Source: an uncultured Verrucomicrobiae bacterium (lineage in GTDB: Bacteria > Verrucomicrobiota > Verrucomicrobiia > Limisphaerales > Palsa-1400). From it: DNA of 64,000 nucleotides. Position numbers and translations under genes: made by a program. Below, one piece after another: positions 10,081 to 19,422 of this stretch. Position 1 is the stretch's first letter. Each line of letters opens with the position of its first letter. Location of the stretch: positions 3,136,001 through 3,200,000 of the forward strand of contig OY969763.1 of the NCBI GenBank assembly GCA_963702845.1, given 5' to 3'. The notes below the pieces were generated by a model, which was not told the origin of the DNA, ran no database searches, and was given only the letters and a program-made list of their open reading frames with translations.

Positions 10081-10197
10081 CATTCCACCGGAATGAGTTG
10101 GCCGGTCAACCGAACCCTGCACCGCAGAGCTGATTGACAGGGAGAGATTCGAATATTTCGGATAAAATTTCAAGACGTAGCTGCACAATTTCCGCGG
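10081..10197. repeat. 117-bp direct repeat, copy 1
   Basis: Identical by eye to 16128-16244. Confidence 0.92.
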
Positions 10198-10253
10198 ATA
10201 AACCCACAATGCTGCGCGCGTTCGCGCAGATATCCTGACCGCACACGTTAACA

Positions 10254-12233
10254 TCATCTTCGACATAAAATACGCGCGGCCTGGGTCCCCTGTTCCAGTC
10301 GTTCCGGCGTAAAGTTCAAACCGTAGTTGTGACAAATCCGTGTCATGTCTCGGCCCATCGCCAAATTCAGCAGCGCCGCCGTGAGTTCGTCCTCCGTATA
10401 GCCCTGCCTTTCCAATTGGCGAACAACCGCTTGTTCATTTGCCGACATGAAATGCAAGAAGTTCATGCCGCCTTGGGCGTAGCAGTAGAGGTAGAGGCCG
10501 ACGTTGTGATATTTACGGTATGGTGTCTCGTCGCGCGGAATACCGTTCATGCGATCCATAAACATCCATTTTGCCGGCTGCTCGGTGATCTGGTCAGCTC
10601 CGGCACAACGTGAGGTTTCGACGACCGTTTCGTGGAGGCCGCCGTGATGAAAACCAAAGTTATGTCCGAGTTCGTGAACGATGCCATGCTCGGACATTGG
10701 CGCATCGGAGAAGAATAACCTCGTACTGATGGTGATCCGAGTTCCGTTATGAACGCCAGACGCACCCCGGCGAGACGGATCAATGATGACCGCGGTAGAT
10801 TCCACGCGACGTCTTTTGCCAGCGGAGTAGTTCATGGCGGCAGCGAGCATTTCGGTCTGGGAGAGTAGATTTTGTGCATCTCGCGCAATGACAGCCGGCA
10901 CGGCCATTTTGAACGTTGGGGTCATCACGGTAACGCGCTGGCCTGTGGTGAATCGCGTCTGGCTCAAAAGACCGCGCGGTGATGTGATTTCCCAGACTGC
11001 GCCTGCGTTGGAACGAATTGAACCGGCGCTGGCCGAGAACAACATTTGTCCCGCTTTATCAGTTTCTGTTTCTTCCTCTTCTTCGCCCGCGCTCAGAGTC
11101 TCGACGGAGCGCAAGACGGGACGAGCCTTGATACGCTGTCCGTTCAAAGTGACGTAGACTTCCAAACTGATGGGGTTGTGCTGGTCATCAGATAATTCGT
11201 GCAGAATATGGCCATTGCCATCCACCAGATACAATTGGCCGATGAGTTTGGCTTCTCCCTTTTTGTTTGGTTCAGAAAGGATTTGATCGAGCCCCCCAGT
11301 GAGTGGCGAGTCCATGTTAAGGACAAAGGATTGGCCTGCATGAAGGTCGTATAATTGGCCGACAAAGTTTCCTCTCAATCCGGTTGCCACCGGGCCGGTG
11401 TATCCCACTGAAAACATTCCAGCAGTCAGCAAGACGGTCGCGTTGTCGCAAAGGCGCAGTTGCCCTTCCAAACCGAAGCTTTGCCGCCGAGCCCAGCGGA
11501 ATGTCACCTGGCCTTTTCCGCCTTTGCATTGCACGACGGCGGTTTTCTCCGGCGACGAGATTTTGCCGTCCGCTATTTGGCTGTTCGGGCTTCCCCAGCT
11601 CATTGCAAATCCAGGATGGTCGGCGGTTGCATCGCCTTCGGCCCACAACTGGAAATTGCCAGGCGGGATTTCCATTTGGACCGACTCTGTGGCCGCAGCC
11701 ATGCTGGCGCTGATCCAAATTGGAAAACCTTGCGGCTTGAGAAAGAGACGCTTTGGCGTGAGGACGGTATTGGCCGAACATAACGTCCAATGTTTCGTCG
11801 CCGTTGGAGCTAAACGAACGATTTCGCCAGCGGGCCTTTCGCGAAAGTCCGACCATCCGGCGGAGACGGTTCCATTTGTCTGCGCCAACGCAAAAAAGCC
11901 CCACTTACCCGGAGGCACTTTCGCTTTGACCATGCCGTCCACGCCTGTTTTTCCAAGGAACGACTCATCCCAAAGGATATCATTGCGGTTTTTTACCAGA
12001 CGATCCTGGCGCGGCCATATGAGATTCAGCTCACGGCAAAAACCGTAGATTGAAGCGCCTGAAATTGGTTTGCCGTCCGTGCTGGTGAATTTGAGGCTTA
12101 TGTCGCGATAGGCGAACTCGGGTAAGATCTCGGCGGCAAATGCGATTTGAACAGTTGCCGACCAGAAAAACGCCAGAGCGAGCACTAACGAGCGGTTGTA
12201 TTTGCACATGGAATAAATGTGGAATTCGGACAA
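10254..12233 (-). CDS. Secreted putative zinc metallopeptidase (HExxH)
   Basis: Signal-like N-terminus; IVHELGHNFGFHHGGLHE motif in the C-terminal third. Confidence 0.7.
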   Translation of the reverse strand: MSEFHIYSMCKYNRSLVLALAFFWSATVQIAFAAEILPEFAYRDISLKFTSTDGKPISGASIYGFCRELNLIWPRQDRLVKNRNDILWDESFLGKTGVDGMVKAKVPPGKWGFFALAQTNGTVSAGWSDFRERPAGEIVRLAPTATKHWTLCSANTVLTPKRLFLKPQGFPIWISASMAAATESVQMEIPPGNFQLWAEGDATADHPGFAMSWGSPNSQIADGKISSPEKTAVVQCKGGKGQVTFRWARRQSFGLEGQLRLCDNATVLLTAGMFSVGYTGPVATGLRGNFVGQLYDLHAGQSFVLNMDSPLTGGLDQILSEPNKKGEAKLIGQLYLVDGNGHILHELSDDQHNPISLEVYVTLNGQRIKARPVLRSVETLSAGEEEEETETDKAGQMLFSASAGSIRSNAGAVWEITSPRGLLSQTRFTTGQRVTVMTPTFKMAVPAVIARDAQNLLSQTEMLAAAMNYSAGKRRRVESTAVIIDPSRRGASGVHNGTRITISTRLFFSDAPMSEHGIVHELGHNFGFHHGGLHETVVETSRCAGADQITEQPAKWMFMDRMNGIPRDETPYRKYHNVGLYLYCYAQGGMNFLHFMSANEQAVVRQLERQGYTEDELTAALLNLAMGRDMTRICHNYGLNFTPERLEQGTQAARILCRR

Positions 12234-12243
12234 TCATCCGCGA

Positions 12244-12696
12244 CTACTTCAGTTCCTTCCACTCCACCAAATTCTTCCAGTCCGGTGAGCCTTTCGCATA
12301 GCCAGCCGCCAGTTTCGTTGCCTCATCAACTGAGAAAGTTTCCTTTTTCGAAACGAACACAACCTTTCCATCCGGTGAATGTTGAAATGAGAAATGACCA
12401 TCCTGTTCTGCAACGACCCGAATAAAATCCGCCGTTCCATCTGTTTTAATCACCAGCACCGGCCCAAAGTCGTCCTTGTGTGATGCCAATGCCGGACGAA
12501 TATCGGTTTCGATGGGGTTATGTATGATTTTATCGTTATCCTGGAATTCCAACGCGTAGGTCATAGAGTTGGTTCGTGTTGAGGTCATTGATGTTGTGTT
12601 TGTCTGTGCATTGCCATTGGTAACTCCTGAAAAGAACAACGCGCATGTGGTCAGTGTGAGTAATAGTGCTTTGATAATCGTCAGGAAAACTGTCAT
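12244..12696 (-). CDS. Small secreted hypothetical protein
   Basis: 150 aa with a hydrophobic N-terminus and Thr/Ser/Asn-rich linker; lies just upstream of the peptidase, likely co-transcribed. Confidence 0.7.
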   Translation of the reverse strand: MTVFLTIIKALLLTLTTCALFFSGVTNGNAQTNTTSMTSTRTNSMTYALEFQDNDKIIHNPIETDIRPALASHKDDFGPVLVIKTDGTADFIRVVAEQDGHFSFQHSPDGKVVFVSKKETFSVDEATKLAAGYAKGSPDWKNLVEWKELK

Positions 12697-12705
12697 TCGA
12701 ATATC

Positions 12706-12733
12706 TATAAAGAAAAGAGTGTGAAAGGTTACA
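12706..12733 (-). promoter_or_regulatory. Putative ECF promoter TGTAAC-N16-TTTATA (copy C)
   Basis: Minus strand TGTAAC CTTTCACACTCTTTTC TTTATA, 9 nt before the ATG at 12696. Confidence 0.72.
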
Positions 12734-12750
12734 AACCGGGGATGAGAGCT

Positions 12751-14613
12751 TCACTGCGCGCAATACATTTGGATTTCGGCAGCGGTCAATGCCCGGTTGT
12801 AGATCGCGATTTCATCCAGCAATCCGGCGAAATACGTGTTGTAAGTGTAACTGTTTGTCGCTTCGCTGGGACGGTAACTGATCCAAATGTCGCCTTTCGT
12901 CTTTGGCGCAAAACTTTTCCAGGTTGATTCAGCGATGACCCGGCCATTCAAATACAGCGTGCCGGTGCCGGTCCCGCGATCGTAAGTAACGGCGACGTGC
13001 TGGAAAACATCCTTGATCACCACGCCTTGTGCCGACTTAAGCGTGTGATAATGACCCTCCATATCCACGATGATGGCTGTCAATTCACCTTGCGATTCCT
13101 TGCTTCGTGCCAACCGCAACTGCACGCCGATGGTGTGCCGTGCTGCGGATGGGGAATGCCATTCAAGAATTGGATGGAAACCATCTACATCCAGGGGTTT
13201 GATCCACATAGAGATCGTGAGGCCCGGTTGATTCTCCATATCCAACGAGGGGTTGCCGGGAATTCTCGCGTAGGAACTGGTTCCGTTCAGGGCAAAGGCC
13301 TGGCCGGTGTTGCCTTTCGCAAAAGTCACGTCTGTCAGCTCGGCGATATTCGTTCCCGCAGAATCAATCCCGTTCCCTTCACCGGACCACAACGCCACCA
13401 AACCATCGCGCGGGAGCGTGGCATTGGAGCTCAATTCGCGCACTGTTTTGAGTTGGGAAATAGGAACATTGACGTGCCGAGTTTCCGCCGGCTGGCTTAG
13501 TATTTTAATGGCGATGCTGATAAGAACAACTAGGCCGATCAGCACCGTCACTCCGGCGACCAGGCTAAAGGTAGAGATTTTCCTACCTTCGATTTTTGGA
13601 CTGGCCTGCGGTGGTGTTGCGGGATTGGCAGGAGACGTTTTCTTATTCGTTGATGGAGTCTCTTTCGGTGGCGTTGCCGCAATATTTTCCACTGCCGTTT
13701 TTATTTCGCTGACTTGTTGGTAACGGAGTTCCGGTTCCTTTTCGAGAGCGTGGAGAATCACTTCGTCCACGCGCGAATCGGTTTTCACCTTTTGTGACGG
13801 GAGTTGGAATTTCCCCAGCGGCAGCTCGCCCGTCAGCATTTCGTAAAACACGACACCGACTGAGTAGATATCCGCCCGGCAATCCACCGTCAGCGGTTTT
13901 TCCAATTGCTCGGGGGCCATGTAGTGCGGCGTGCCGACCACCTGATTGACACCAGTCAGCGACAGATCTTTCGGATCGGGATCCAAAATTTTTGCGAGCC
14001 CGAAGTCAGCAATCTTCACCCGGCCATCTTGATCCAGCAGGATGTTCTCCGGCTTGATGTCGCGATGGACGATGCCCCGCTCATGCGCGTATTGGAGTGC
14101 ATCGCAGATCTGCGGAATGATCGCCAGGGCTTCGGCGGGCGAAAATTGACCACTGCGGTAGAGCTGCCGCAGATTGAGACCATCCACAAATTCCATCAGC
14201 AGGTAATAATGCTCTCCTGCCTCGCCGAAATCGTAGACCGTTACGATGTGCGGATGTGTCAAAGCTGCAAGCGCACGGGCTTCGCGCTCGAAACGTTCGG
14301 CGAACTGCGGGTCATCTTGACGTTCCCGAGCAAGAATTTTCAATGCCACGAAGCGATCCAGGCGCAACTGTCGAGCTTTGTAGACCGCACCCATTCCGCC
14401 CTGGCCAAGCAGCGCGAGGATCTCAAGCTGCGGAAAGAGCCTGGCCAGCTCTTCCACTGCAGGCGGCACGAAAACCGACCCGCCGCGTGCCGGCTCGTTT
14501 CCAGCCCGACTCTCAAACCCGGTTTTGATGAGGCACTCCGGACACAGTCCCTGCGGCGCATCCGGGACGGATGGCTTCATGCAAACCGGACAGGTTGGTG
14601 TCGGATCAATCAC
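12751..14613 (-). CDS. Hanks-type Ser/Thr kinase with N-terminal Zn ribbon, TM helix and LamG/ConA-like sensor domain
   Basis: CPVC...CPEC; LGQGGMGAVYKA, HRDIKPEN, DFG, GTPHYMAPEQ; C-terminal FQHVAVTYD...GLLDEIAIYNRALTAAEI. Confidence 0.93.
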   Translation of the reverse strand: MIDPTPTCPVCMKPSVPDAPQGLCPECLIKTGFESRAGNEPARGGSVFVPPAVEELARLFPQLEILALLGQGGMGAVYKARQLRLDRFVALKILARERQDDPQFAERFEREARALAALTHPHIVTVYDFGEAGEHYYLLMEFVDGLNLRQLYRSGQFSPAEALAIIPQICDALQYAHERGIVHRDIKPENILLDQDGRVKIADFGLAKILDPDPKDLSLTGVNQVVGTPHYMAPEQLEKPLTVDCRADIYSVGVVFYEMLTGELPLGKFQLPSQKVKTDSRVDEVILHALEKEPELRYQQVSEIKTAVENIAATPPKETPSTNKKTSPANPATPPQASPKIEGRKISTFSLVAGVTVLIGLVVLISIAIKILSQPAETRHVNVPISQLKTVRELSSNATLPRDGLVALWSGEGNGIDSAGTNIAELTDVTFAKGNTGQAFALNGTSSYARIPGNPSLDMENQPGLTISMWIKPLDVDGFHPILEWHSPSAARHTIGVQLRLARSKESQGELTAIIVDMEGHYHTLKSAQGVVIKDVFQHVAVTYDRGTGTGTLYLNGRVIAESTWKSFAPKTKGDIWISYRPSEATNSYTYNTYFAGLLDEIAIYNRALTAAEIQMYCAQ

Positions 14614-14648
14614 AGAGAGGCTCTAAATGTATCGTCGTTCTACGATGA

Positions 14649-14676
14649 TATAAAAGGAATCCGTCGAAAGGTTACA
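14649..14676 (-). promoter_or_regulatory. Putative ECF promoter TGTAAC-N16-TTTATA (copy B)
   Basis: Minus strand TGTAAC CTTTCGACGGATTCCT TTTATA, between the ECF stop and the kinase start. Confidence 0.72.
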
Positions 14677-14703
14677 CAATTCACACTGCTCATATGCGAA
14701 CGG

Positions 14704-15450
14704 TCACCGCGCAAGGATGGTGAACAAGTAGCGCAGTTCCTCATCCACATCGGCCGGACTGTTGACAGTGTCGGCGATTTCAGCCCGCAACAGCGCGCGA
14801 TAATTTTGACGCAATCGATGCACCGCCACTTTGATCGAACCCTCCGTCATATTCAATGTTGCGGCGAGAGTTTTGTACGGTTGCGCGTCGCGTTCTCCCA
14901 ATAGGCATGGTTTCAAAGCATTGAACAATTCACCCTTGCCCTGCGCTTGGTAATCGGCGGCGAGTCGATTCAGCACTTTGTCCAGCAAGGTCAATGCCCA
15001 GCGCCATTCGAAACTCTGTTCCGGCGTCGTTCTATCCGGCGGCAACCAACTATCTCCGCCGTCGGCAGCAGTGAACCGAACGGTAAAGACCTGGCCGCCA
15101 CCGCGTTTTTGGGTTCGGCTTTTGTCCCATTCGTTTGCGAGAAACGCGCTGGCTGATGTGAGCAGGAAAGACCGGAACCGCCCACGTTGCTGGTCGGCGC
15201 GCGCGATCCAATTGCGCTCAATCACCCAGGTGAAAAACGCCTGGGTCAGATCTTTGGCGTCGGCTTCGTTGTGTCCTCTACGTCGGATGTAAATATAAAG
15301 TGGTCGCCAATAACTCTGGCAAAGTTGCTCCAGGCTCGCGAGCCCGCGCTCAGAATCGTTCTGGCCAGCAGACAGCACTACCGACCAGCGAGTGGTGGCA
15401 AATATCGAGAGAGGCACCGCCTCTCCAGGGGCAACGTGATTCGTCGTCAC
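14704..15450 (-). CDS. ECF sigma factor, PVC STK-associated type (FATTRWS N-terminus)
   Basis: FATTRWSVVLSA, LCQSYWRPLYIYIRR, DAKDLTQAFF, RGRFRSFLL, SIKVAVHRLRQNYR; start uncertain (GTG 15450 or 15417; ORF open to 15564). Confidence 0.9.
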   Translation of the reverse strand: MTTNHVAPGEAVPLSIFATTRWSVVLSAGQNDSERGLASLEQLCQSYWRPLYIYIRRRGHNEADAKDLTQAFFTWVIERNWIARADQQRGRFRSFLLTSASAFLANEWDKSRTQKRGGGQVFTVRFTAADGGDSWLPPDRTTPEQSFEWRWALTLLDKVLNRLAADYQAQGKGELFNALKPCLLGERDAQPYKTLAATLNMTEGSIKVAVHRLRQNYRALLRAEIADTVNSPADVDEELRYLFTILAR

Positions 15451-15595
15451 AATCGGGTATTGGCTCGCGCTCGAAAGACGATAATGCAAAGCATTCCGTT
15501 TTTGAATCAGAAACGAAAACCGTAGATCGCCCAAAGCCGTTTCCATAAGTGTTGTGCCAATCATCGTCAGGCATCTCCTGGCCGATTCTGTCTCG

Positions 15596-15623
15596 TGTAA
15601 CCTTTTACCGGCGTTGCTTTATA
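15596..15623 (+). promoter_or_regulatory. Putative ECF promoter TGTAAC-N16-TTTATA (copy A)
   Basis: TGTAAC CTTTTACCGGCGTTGC TTTATA, 10 nt before the ATG at 15634. Confidence 0.72.
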
Positions 15624-15633
15624 TGGAAGGTGA

Positions 15634-16024
15634 ATGAATACACATTTGATCATTGCATCAGTCGGGGCGTTGGCAGGAATTGTCCCAGTTCTGCTTTTCA
15701 TCGCTATTTGGTTTATCCTCATTATCGGGGTGTGGAAGGTGTTCGCAAAGGGTGGGCAGCCGGGATGGGCGTGCCTTATTCCGATATACAACTTGGTACT
15801 GTCTGATCAAAATCGCGGGCAAGGAATGGTGGTGGCTACTCCTGCTCCTGGTTCCGCTGGTCAACATTGCCGTGGCCATCATGCTGGCCATCGCCATCTC
15901 ACGGAATTTTGGCAAGGGCGGCGGATTTGCGGCGGGACTAATCTTCTTGCCGTGGATTTTTTACCCAATCCTGGGATTCGGTTCAGCCCAGCACCAAAGA
16001 ATGTTGGACCCTGTGACGGCATAA
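15634..16024 (+). CDS. DUF5684-like small membrane protein, frameshifted near 15800
   Basis: WKVFAKGGQPGWACLIPIYN in one frame continues as LIKIAGKEWWWLLLLLVPLVN...FGKGGGFAAGLIFLPWIFYPILGFG in another. Confidence 0.8.
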
Positions 16025-16127
16025 CGGCCATACGAACTGCTTGTTTGGTGTTTCCAGCAAGTTCGACGACGCCGAGGGTCTTTACAAAAAGTGCCCTGAA
16101 ATTGACCCGCGGAACCAAAATGTTCTA

Positions 16128-16244
16128 CATTCCACCGGAATGAGTTGGCCGGTCAACCGAACCCTGCACCGCAGAGCTGATTGACAGGGAGAGATTCGAA
16201 TATTTCGGATAAAATTTCAAGACGTAGCTGCACAATTTCCGCGG
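16128..16244. repeat. 117-bp direct repeat, copy 2
   Basis: Identical by eye to 10081-10197. Confidence 0.92.
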
Positions 16245-16369
16245 GTGCGCCCAGAATTCTGTCACTGCTCGCTCAGCGCTAAACTTAACTCGTGAAGGCC
16301 AGTTTGATCTACTGGTGTCGAGGTTGGGTTTGAAAGCTTGTTTGCGACTTGTTCCCGCAAACTTGAAAG

Positions 16370-16429
16370 TTAGAGCGATTGCCAAAATCAATTTCCGGAA
16401 TGGCAGGAGGGTTTTTGGTTTTTTGGCGA
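16370..16429 (+). repeat. ~60-bp TIR-like repeat (inverted partner at 28386-28443)
   Basis: TTAGAGCGATTGCCAAAATCAATTTCCGGAATGGCAGGAGGGTTTTTGG... matches the reverse complement of 28386-28443. Confidence 0.8.
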
Positions 16430-16438
16430 TCGCTCTCG

Positions 16439-16474
16439 TTTGGCAGATGGAATGGAACGATGGGAGCCGGGCAG
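16439..16474 (+). repeat. 36-bp GGA-rich dispersed repeat, copy 1
   Basis: TTTGGCAGATGGAATGGAACGATGGGAGCCGGGCAG; relatives at 42897 and 44099. Confidence 0.75.
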
Positions 16475-16592
16475 TTGGCCCAAATCGAACAGGTGGGTGA
16501 TTCTGGAGAAGCAGGTAATCTTTCCACGCATGGCCGGACGAGAACGCCTGCGCTATCTTCAAAAGGTTCTGCCATAGTGCCAGAACGAATGG

Positions 16593-18344
16593 ATGATCAT
16601 GAAGGCACACGGTTTTTTCTCGCCTCCGGTATTTCCAGACGAGGACCTGACGCGACGGGTAAGGGTGCTTCATATCTTCCTTTTAGCATCAGCACTGGCA
16701 GTCACTGTGGTGGAGGTAGCGAATATTTTCCTCCTGCCACAAAACGCTTTCCGATGGGTGGCACTCATAGTGTGTTTTAATGCGTGTAGTTTTGTTCTTC
16801 TAAAATTGAACCAGCGTGGACGCACGCGTTTAGTCAGTTTCCTGCTGGTGGCCGAGTGCTGGCTGATCATAACGCTGCTGCTTGTAAATGGCGGAGGCGT
16901 TCATTCTCCAGCAACACAGGTGTATTTGTTAATCGTTTTCGGAGCGGGTCTTTTTTTTGGACTCAGGGCCGGAATTCTGGTGGGAATCCTTTCCTGTGGC
17001 ACAACATTGGTTTTTGTGATTCTTGAAAACAGGGGGCTGTTTCCTGAGGCTGTTGTGCATGACACTACCTGGTCTTTATGGGGGGAGCAGATTCTCTACA
17101 CGACGTTGATGATCTGCCTCCAGTTCCTCGCTACCAGCGCCATCGAAAGGGCACTGGAGCGCGCGCGACGTGAACTGGCTGAACGCGAGCGAGCGGAAAA
17201 ATCGCTGTTTGAGAGTGAAAAGGTGTATCGCCTCGTGGTTGAGCAAAGCGGGCAGATTGTCTATGACTACGACGTTGCCACCGACGCTATCATGTGGCGC
17301 GGTGCTATCGTGCATCTTACGGGTTATACGGTGGAGGAGTTTCGCCACATCGATATCCACAGGTGGGCAGGCCTTATCCATCCGGAAGATCGTCCCCGCA
17401 CGATAGCTTTGTTTGAGGAAGCGATGCGACGAGCCGGCACTTTTCAGGCGGAGTATCGTTTTCGCACCAAAAACGGCACTTATATTTATATAGAAGACAA
17501 CGGCATTTTTCTCACCGATGCTTCGGGGAAGCCAACGCGGATGTTGGGCACGAAGGCTGACATTACCGCCCGCAAAGTAGCCGAAGCCAGGAATCGAGAG
17601 CTCACGCGCGGTCTCGAAAAGCGGGTGCGGGATCGAACCGCGGAACTGGAGACAGCAAATAAGGATCTCGAAGCCTTCTCATATTCCGTTTCTCACGATT
17701 TGCGAGCGCCTTTGCGAGCCATTGAAGGTTATTCCAACATCGTGCTTGAGGATTATCGCGAAGGTATTCCCGTTGAAGCTGGTCGACTGCTGGAATCAAT
17801 TCGCTCTAATACGGGGCGGATGAATCGGCTGATTACCGATTTGTTAACCTTCTTCCGACTTAATCGACAGGCGTTAAACAAAACGATGGTGGATATGCAA
17901 GCGATGGCATCAGATATTGCAGAGGAATTGCGCAGCGAAGCCAAAGACCGTCAGATCGAAATCAAAACTACCTCGCTGCCAAAAGCTTTCGGCGATCCTG
18001 CGCTGCTCACGCAAGTCTTTGTCAATCTGCTTGGCAACGCCGTGAAATTTACGCGGGGGCGGACCGTAGCCGAGATCCTGGTATCCAGCATGGAGCAAGA
18101 TCACGACATAATCTATTTTGTCCGCGATAACGGGAATGGCTTCGATATGGAGCACGCAAACAAATTATTTCTTCCGTTTGAGCGCCTGCACAGTGAAAAA
18201 GAATTTGAAGGCACCGGCATCGGGTTGTCTATTGTGCAACGCATCATTCAACACCACGGGGGCCGCGTCTGGGCGGAAGGCATGATAGGAAAAGGAGCCA
18301 CGTTTTATTTTTCGCTGCCGAATCAGCCGCCATCGCCATCATAG
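16593..18344 (+). CDS. Membrane PAS-domain sensor histidine kinase (HisKA)
   Basis: Multiple TM helices; PAS_3 (IHPEDR); FSYSVSHDLRAPL; NLLGNAVKF, DNGNGF, GTGIGL. Confidence 0.93.
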   Translation: MIMKAHGFFSPPVFPDEDLTRRVRVLHIFLLASALAVTVVEVANIFLLPQNAFRWVALIVCFNACSFVLLKLNQRGRTRLVSFLLVAECWLIITLLLVNGGGVHSPATQVYLLIVFGAGLFFGLRAGILVGILSCGTTLVFVILENRGLFPEAVVHDTTWSLWGEQILYTTLMICLQFLATSAIERALERARRELAERERAEKSLFESEKVYRLVVEQSGQIVYDYDVATDAIMWRGAIVHLTGYTVEEFRHIDIHRWAGLIHPEDRPRTIALFEEAMRRAGTFQAEYRFRTKNGTYIYIEDNGIFLTDASGKPTRMLGTKADITARKVAEARNRELTRGLEKRVRDRTAELETANKDLEAFSYSVSHDLRAPLRAIEGYSNIVLEDYREGIPVEAGRLLESIRSNTGRMNRLITDLLTFFRLNRQALNKTMVDMQAMASDIAEELRSEAKDRQIEIKTTSLPKAFGDPALLTQVFVNLLGNAVKFTRGRTVAEILVSSMEQDHDIIYFVRDNGNGFDMEHANKLFLPFERLHSEKEFEGTGIGLSIVQRIIQHHGGRVWAEGMIGKGATFYFSLPNQPPSPS

Positions 18345-18500
18345 GGCGATAAAAAATGACGTCGGGAAACCGGTGACCTTGCTTGCAAGGTGCCTGATAT
18401 CGGTGCGGGAAAGAGAGACGCGGCATACTCCCATCCCCAATTTGCTCCTTTCAGTCATAAGTCTGGATGGGAGCTTTTTGTTGTCTCCAAGGGCAAAGTT

Positions 18501-18597
18501 TGTCGGCATAATTTACAGAGATATATTTGACGCGTAAGTAGCTTTTAATGAGTGAATTGGATTTTTCTGCGACTTTCAGGTGTCGGAATACTTTTCA
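18501..18597 (+). promoter_or_regulatory. Pair of TGT-N11-ACA-like enhancer boxes
   Basis: TGTCGGCATAATTTACA (18501-18517) and TGTCGGAATACTTTTCA (18581-18597), 80 bp apart, upstream of a sigma54-like site. Confidence 0.6.
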
Positions 18598-18699
18598 TTT
18601 CACCAAGCGTCCGAAGGCAAGTTTCCATTCGCAATATTATAAACTAATCAATTGTTGTGTAAGCACTTAGGTATTAGTCGTAATATTCGATCGGGTGAT

Positions 18700-18715
18700 G
18701 GGCACGGCTCCTGCT
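18700..18715 (+). promoter_or_regulatory. Sigma54 (-24/-12) promoter
   Basis: GGGCACGGCTCCTGCT against consensus TGGCACG-N4-TTGCW, with the invariant GG and GC correctly spaced. Confidence 0.7.
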
Positions 18716-18807
18716 AATAGTTTCTTGGAATAGGTCCTCAGGTATCGCGGAGAGAACGCGCTAATCGCGGGATACGACATTAATTGTAATCCAATACAAA
18801 AGATTAT

Positions 18808-19404
18808 ATGAAAAGAATACTAACTCTTGCAGTGATAGTCGGGGCTGGGTTGATAGCGATCAAAGCATCGGCGATTCCCTCTCTTACCCTAACAGTTGAC
18901 GGCAATTTGCCGCCTGGCACTACCGCCTATGTGCTGGGTGCCATAGATCCAGACCACCCGGCAAACCCTGCCTCTGAGGTTGATGCCATCACCTACTTGC
19001 TCACTTTGGGCCTTGGTGGCAGCGGTGCGCACGGTGGCAACATCGTCTATCGGTCTCAAAACAATTTCGGCTCGTTGCCTGCTCCAACGACTGTCAACAT
19101 GAATGGAACAGGCACCTCGACCTCGTTTATCGATACGGGATATACCTACCTGGTAGCGAAATACGACGGGCCAAACGGAGTAACTGAAGTGTGGGACTTG
19201 GCCGGCGTTGCGGCTGGCACGATGATCAACATCCCGGCGAACGCCTTCGGCACCGATAACGATCAGTACGGACTGTCGGGCTGGAACTTCTTCAACCAAA
19301 TCACGACCAACATAACGACTGTGCCGGACGGCGGCTCGACGGTCGCGTTGCTGGGTCTTGCGCTCGCCGGTGCTGGAGTTTTGCGCCGGAAGATACAAAA
19401 GTAA
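18808..19404 (+). CDS. VPDSG-CTERM (PEP-CTERM class) exosortase-target protein
   Basis: Signal peptide; C-terminal VPDGGSTVALLGLALAGAGVLRRKIQK. Confidence 0.9.
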   Translation: MKRILTLAVIVGAGLIAIKASAIPSLTLTVDGNLPPGTTAYVLGAIDPDHPANPASEVDAITYLLTLGLGGSGAHGGNIVYRSQNNFGSLPAPTTVNMNGTGTSTSFIDTGYTYLVAKYDGPNGVTEVWDLAGVAAGTMINIPANAFGTDNDQYGLSGWNFFNQITTNITTVPDGGSTVALLGLALAGAGVLRRKIQK

Positions 19405-19422
19405 TACCGGTTTCCTTCTTTA

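Noticed and set aside
10134..10168. Sigma70 promoter inside the 117-bp repeat (TTGACA...TAAAAT)
   Set aside because: The spacer is 23 nt, too long for a -35/-10 pair.
13906..14904. Long antisense ORFs (e.g. 13906-14904, 34986-35876, 50431-51585)
   Set aside because: Shadow ORFs opposite well-supported genes, as expected from GC-rich codon usage.
16057..16127. TPR-like relic (KFDDAEGLYKKCPEIDPRN) next to the second 117-bp repeat
   Set aside because: Only about 20 codons with no start; plausible gene debris but not supportable as a feature.
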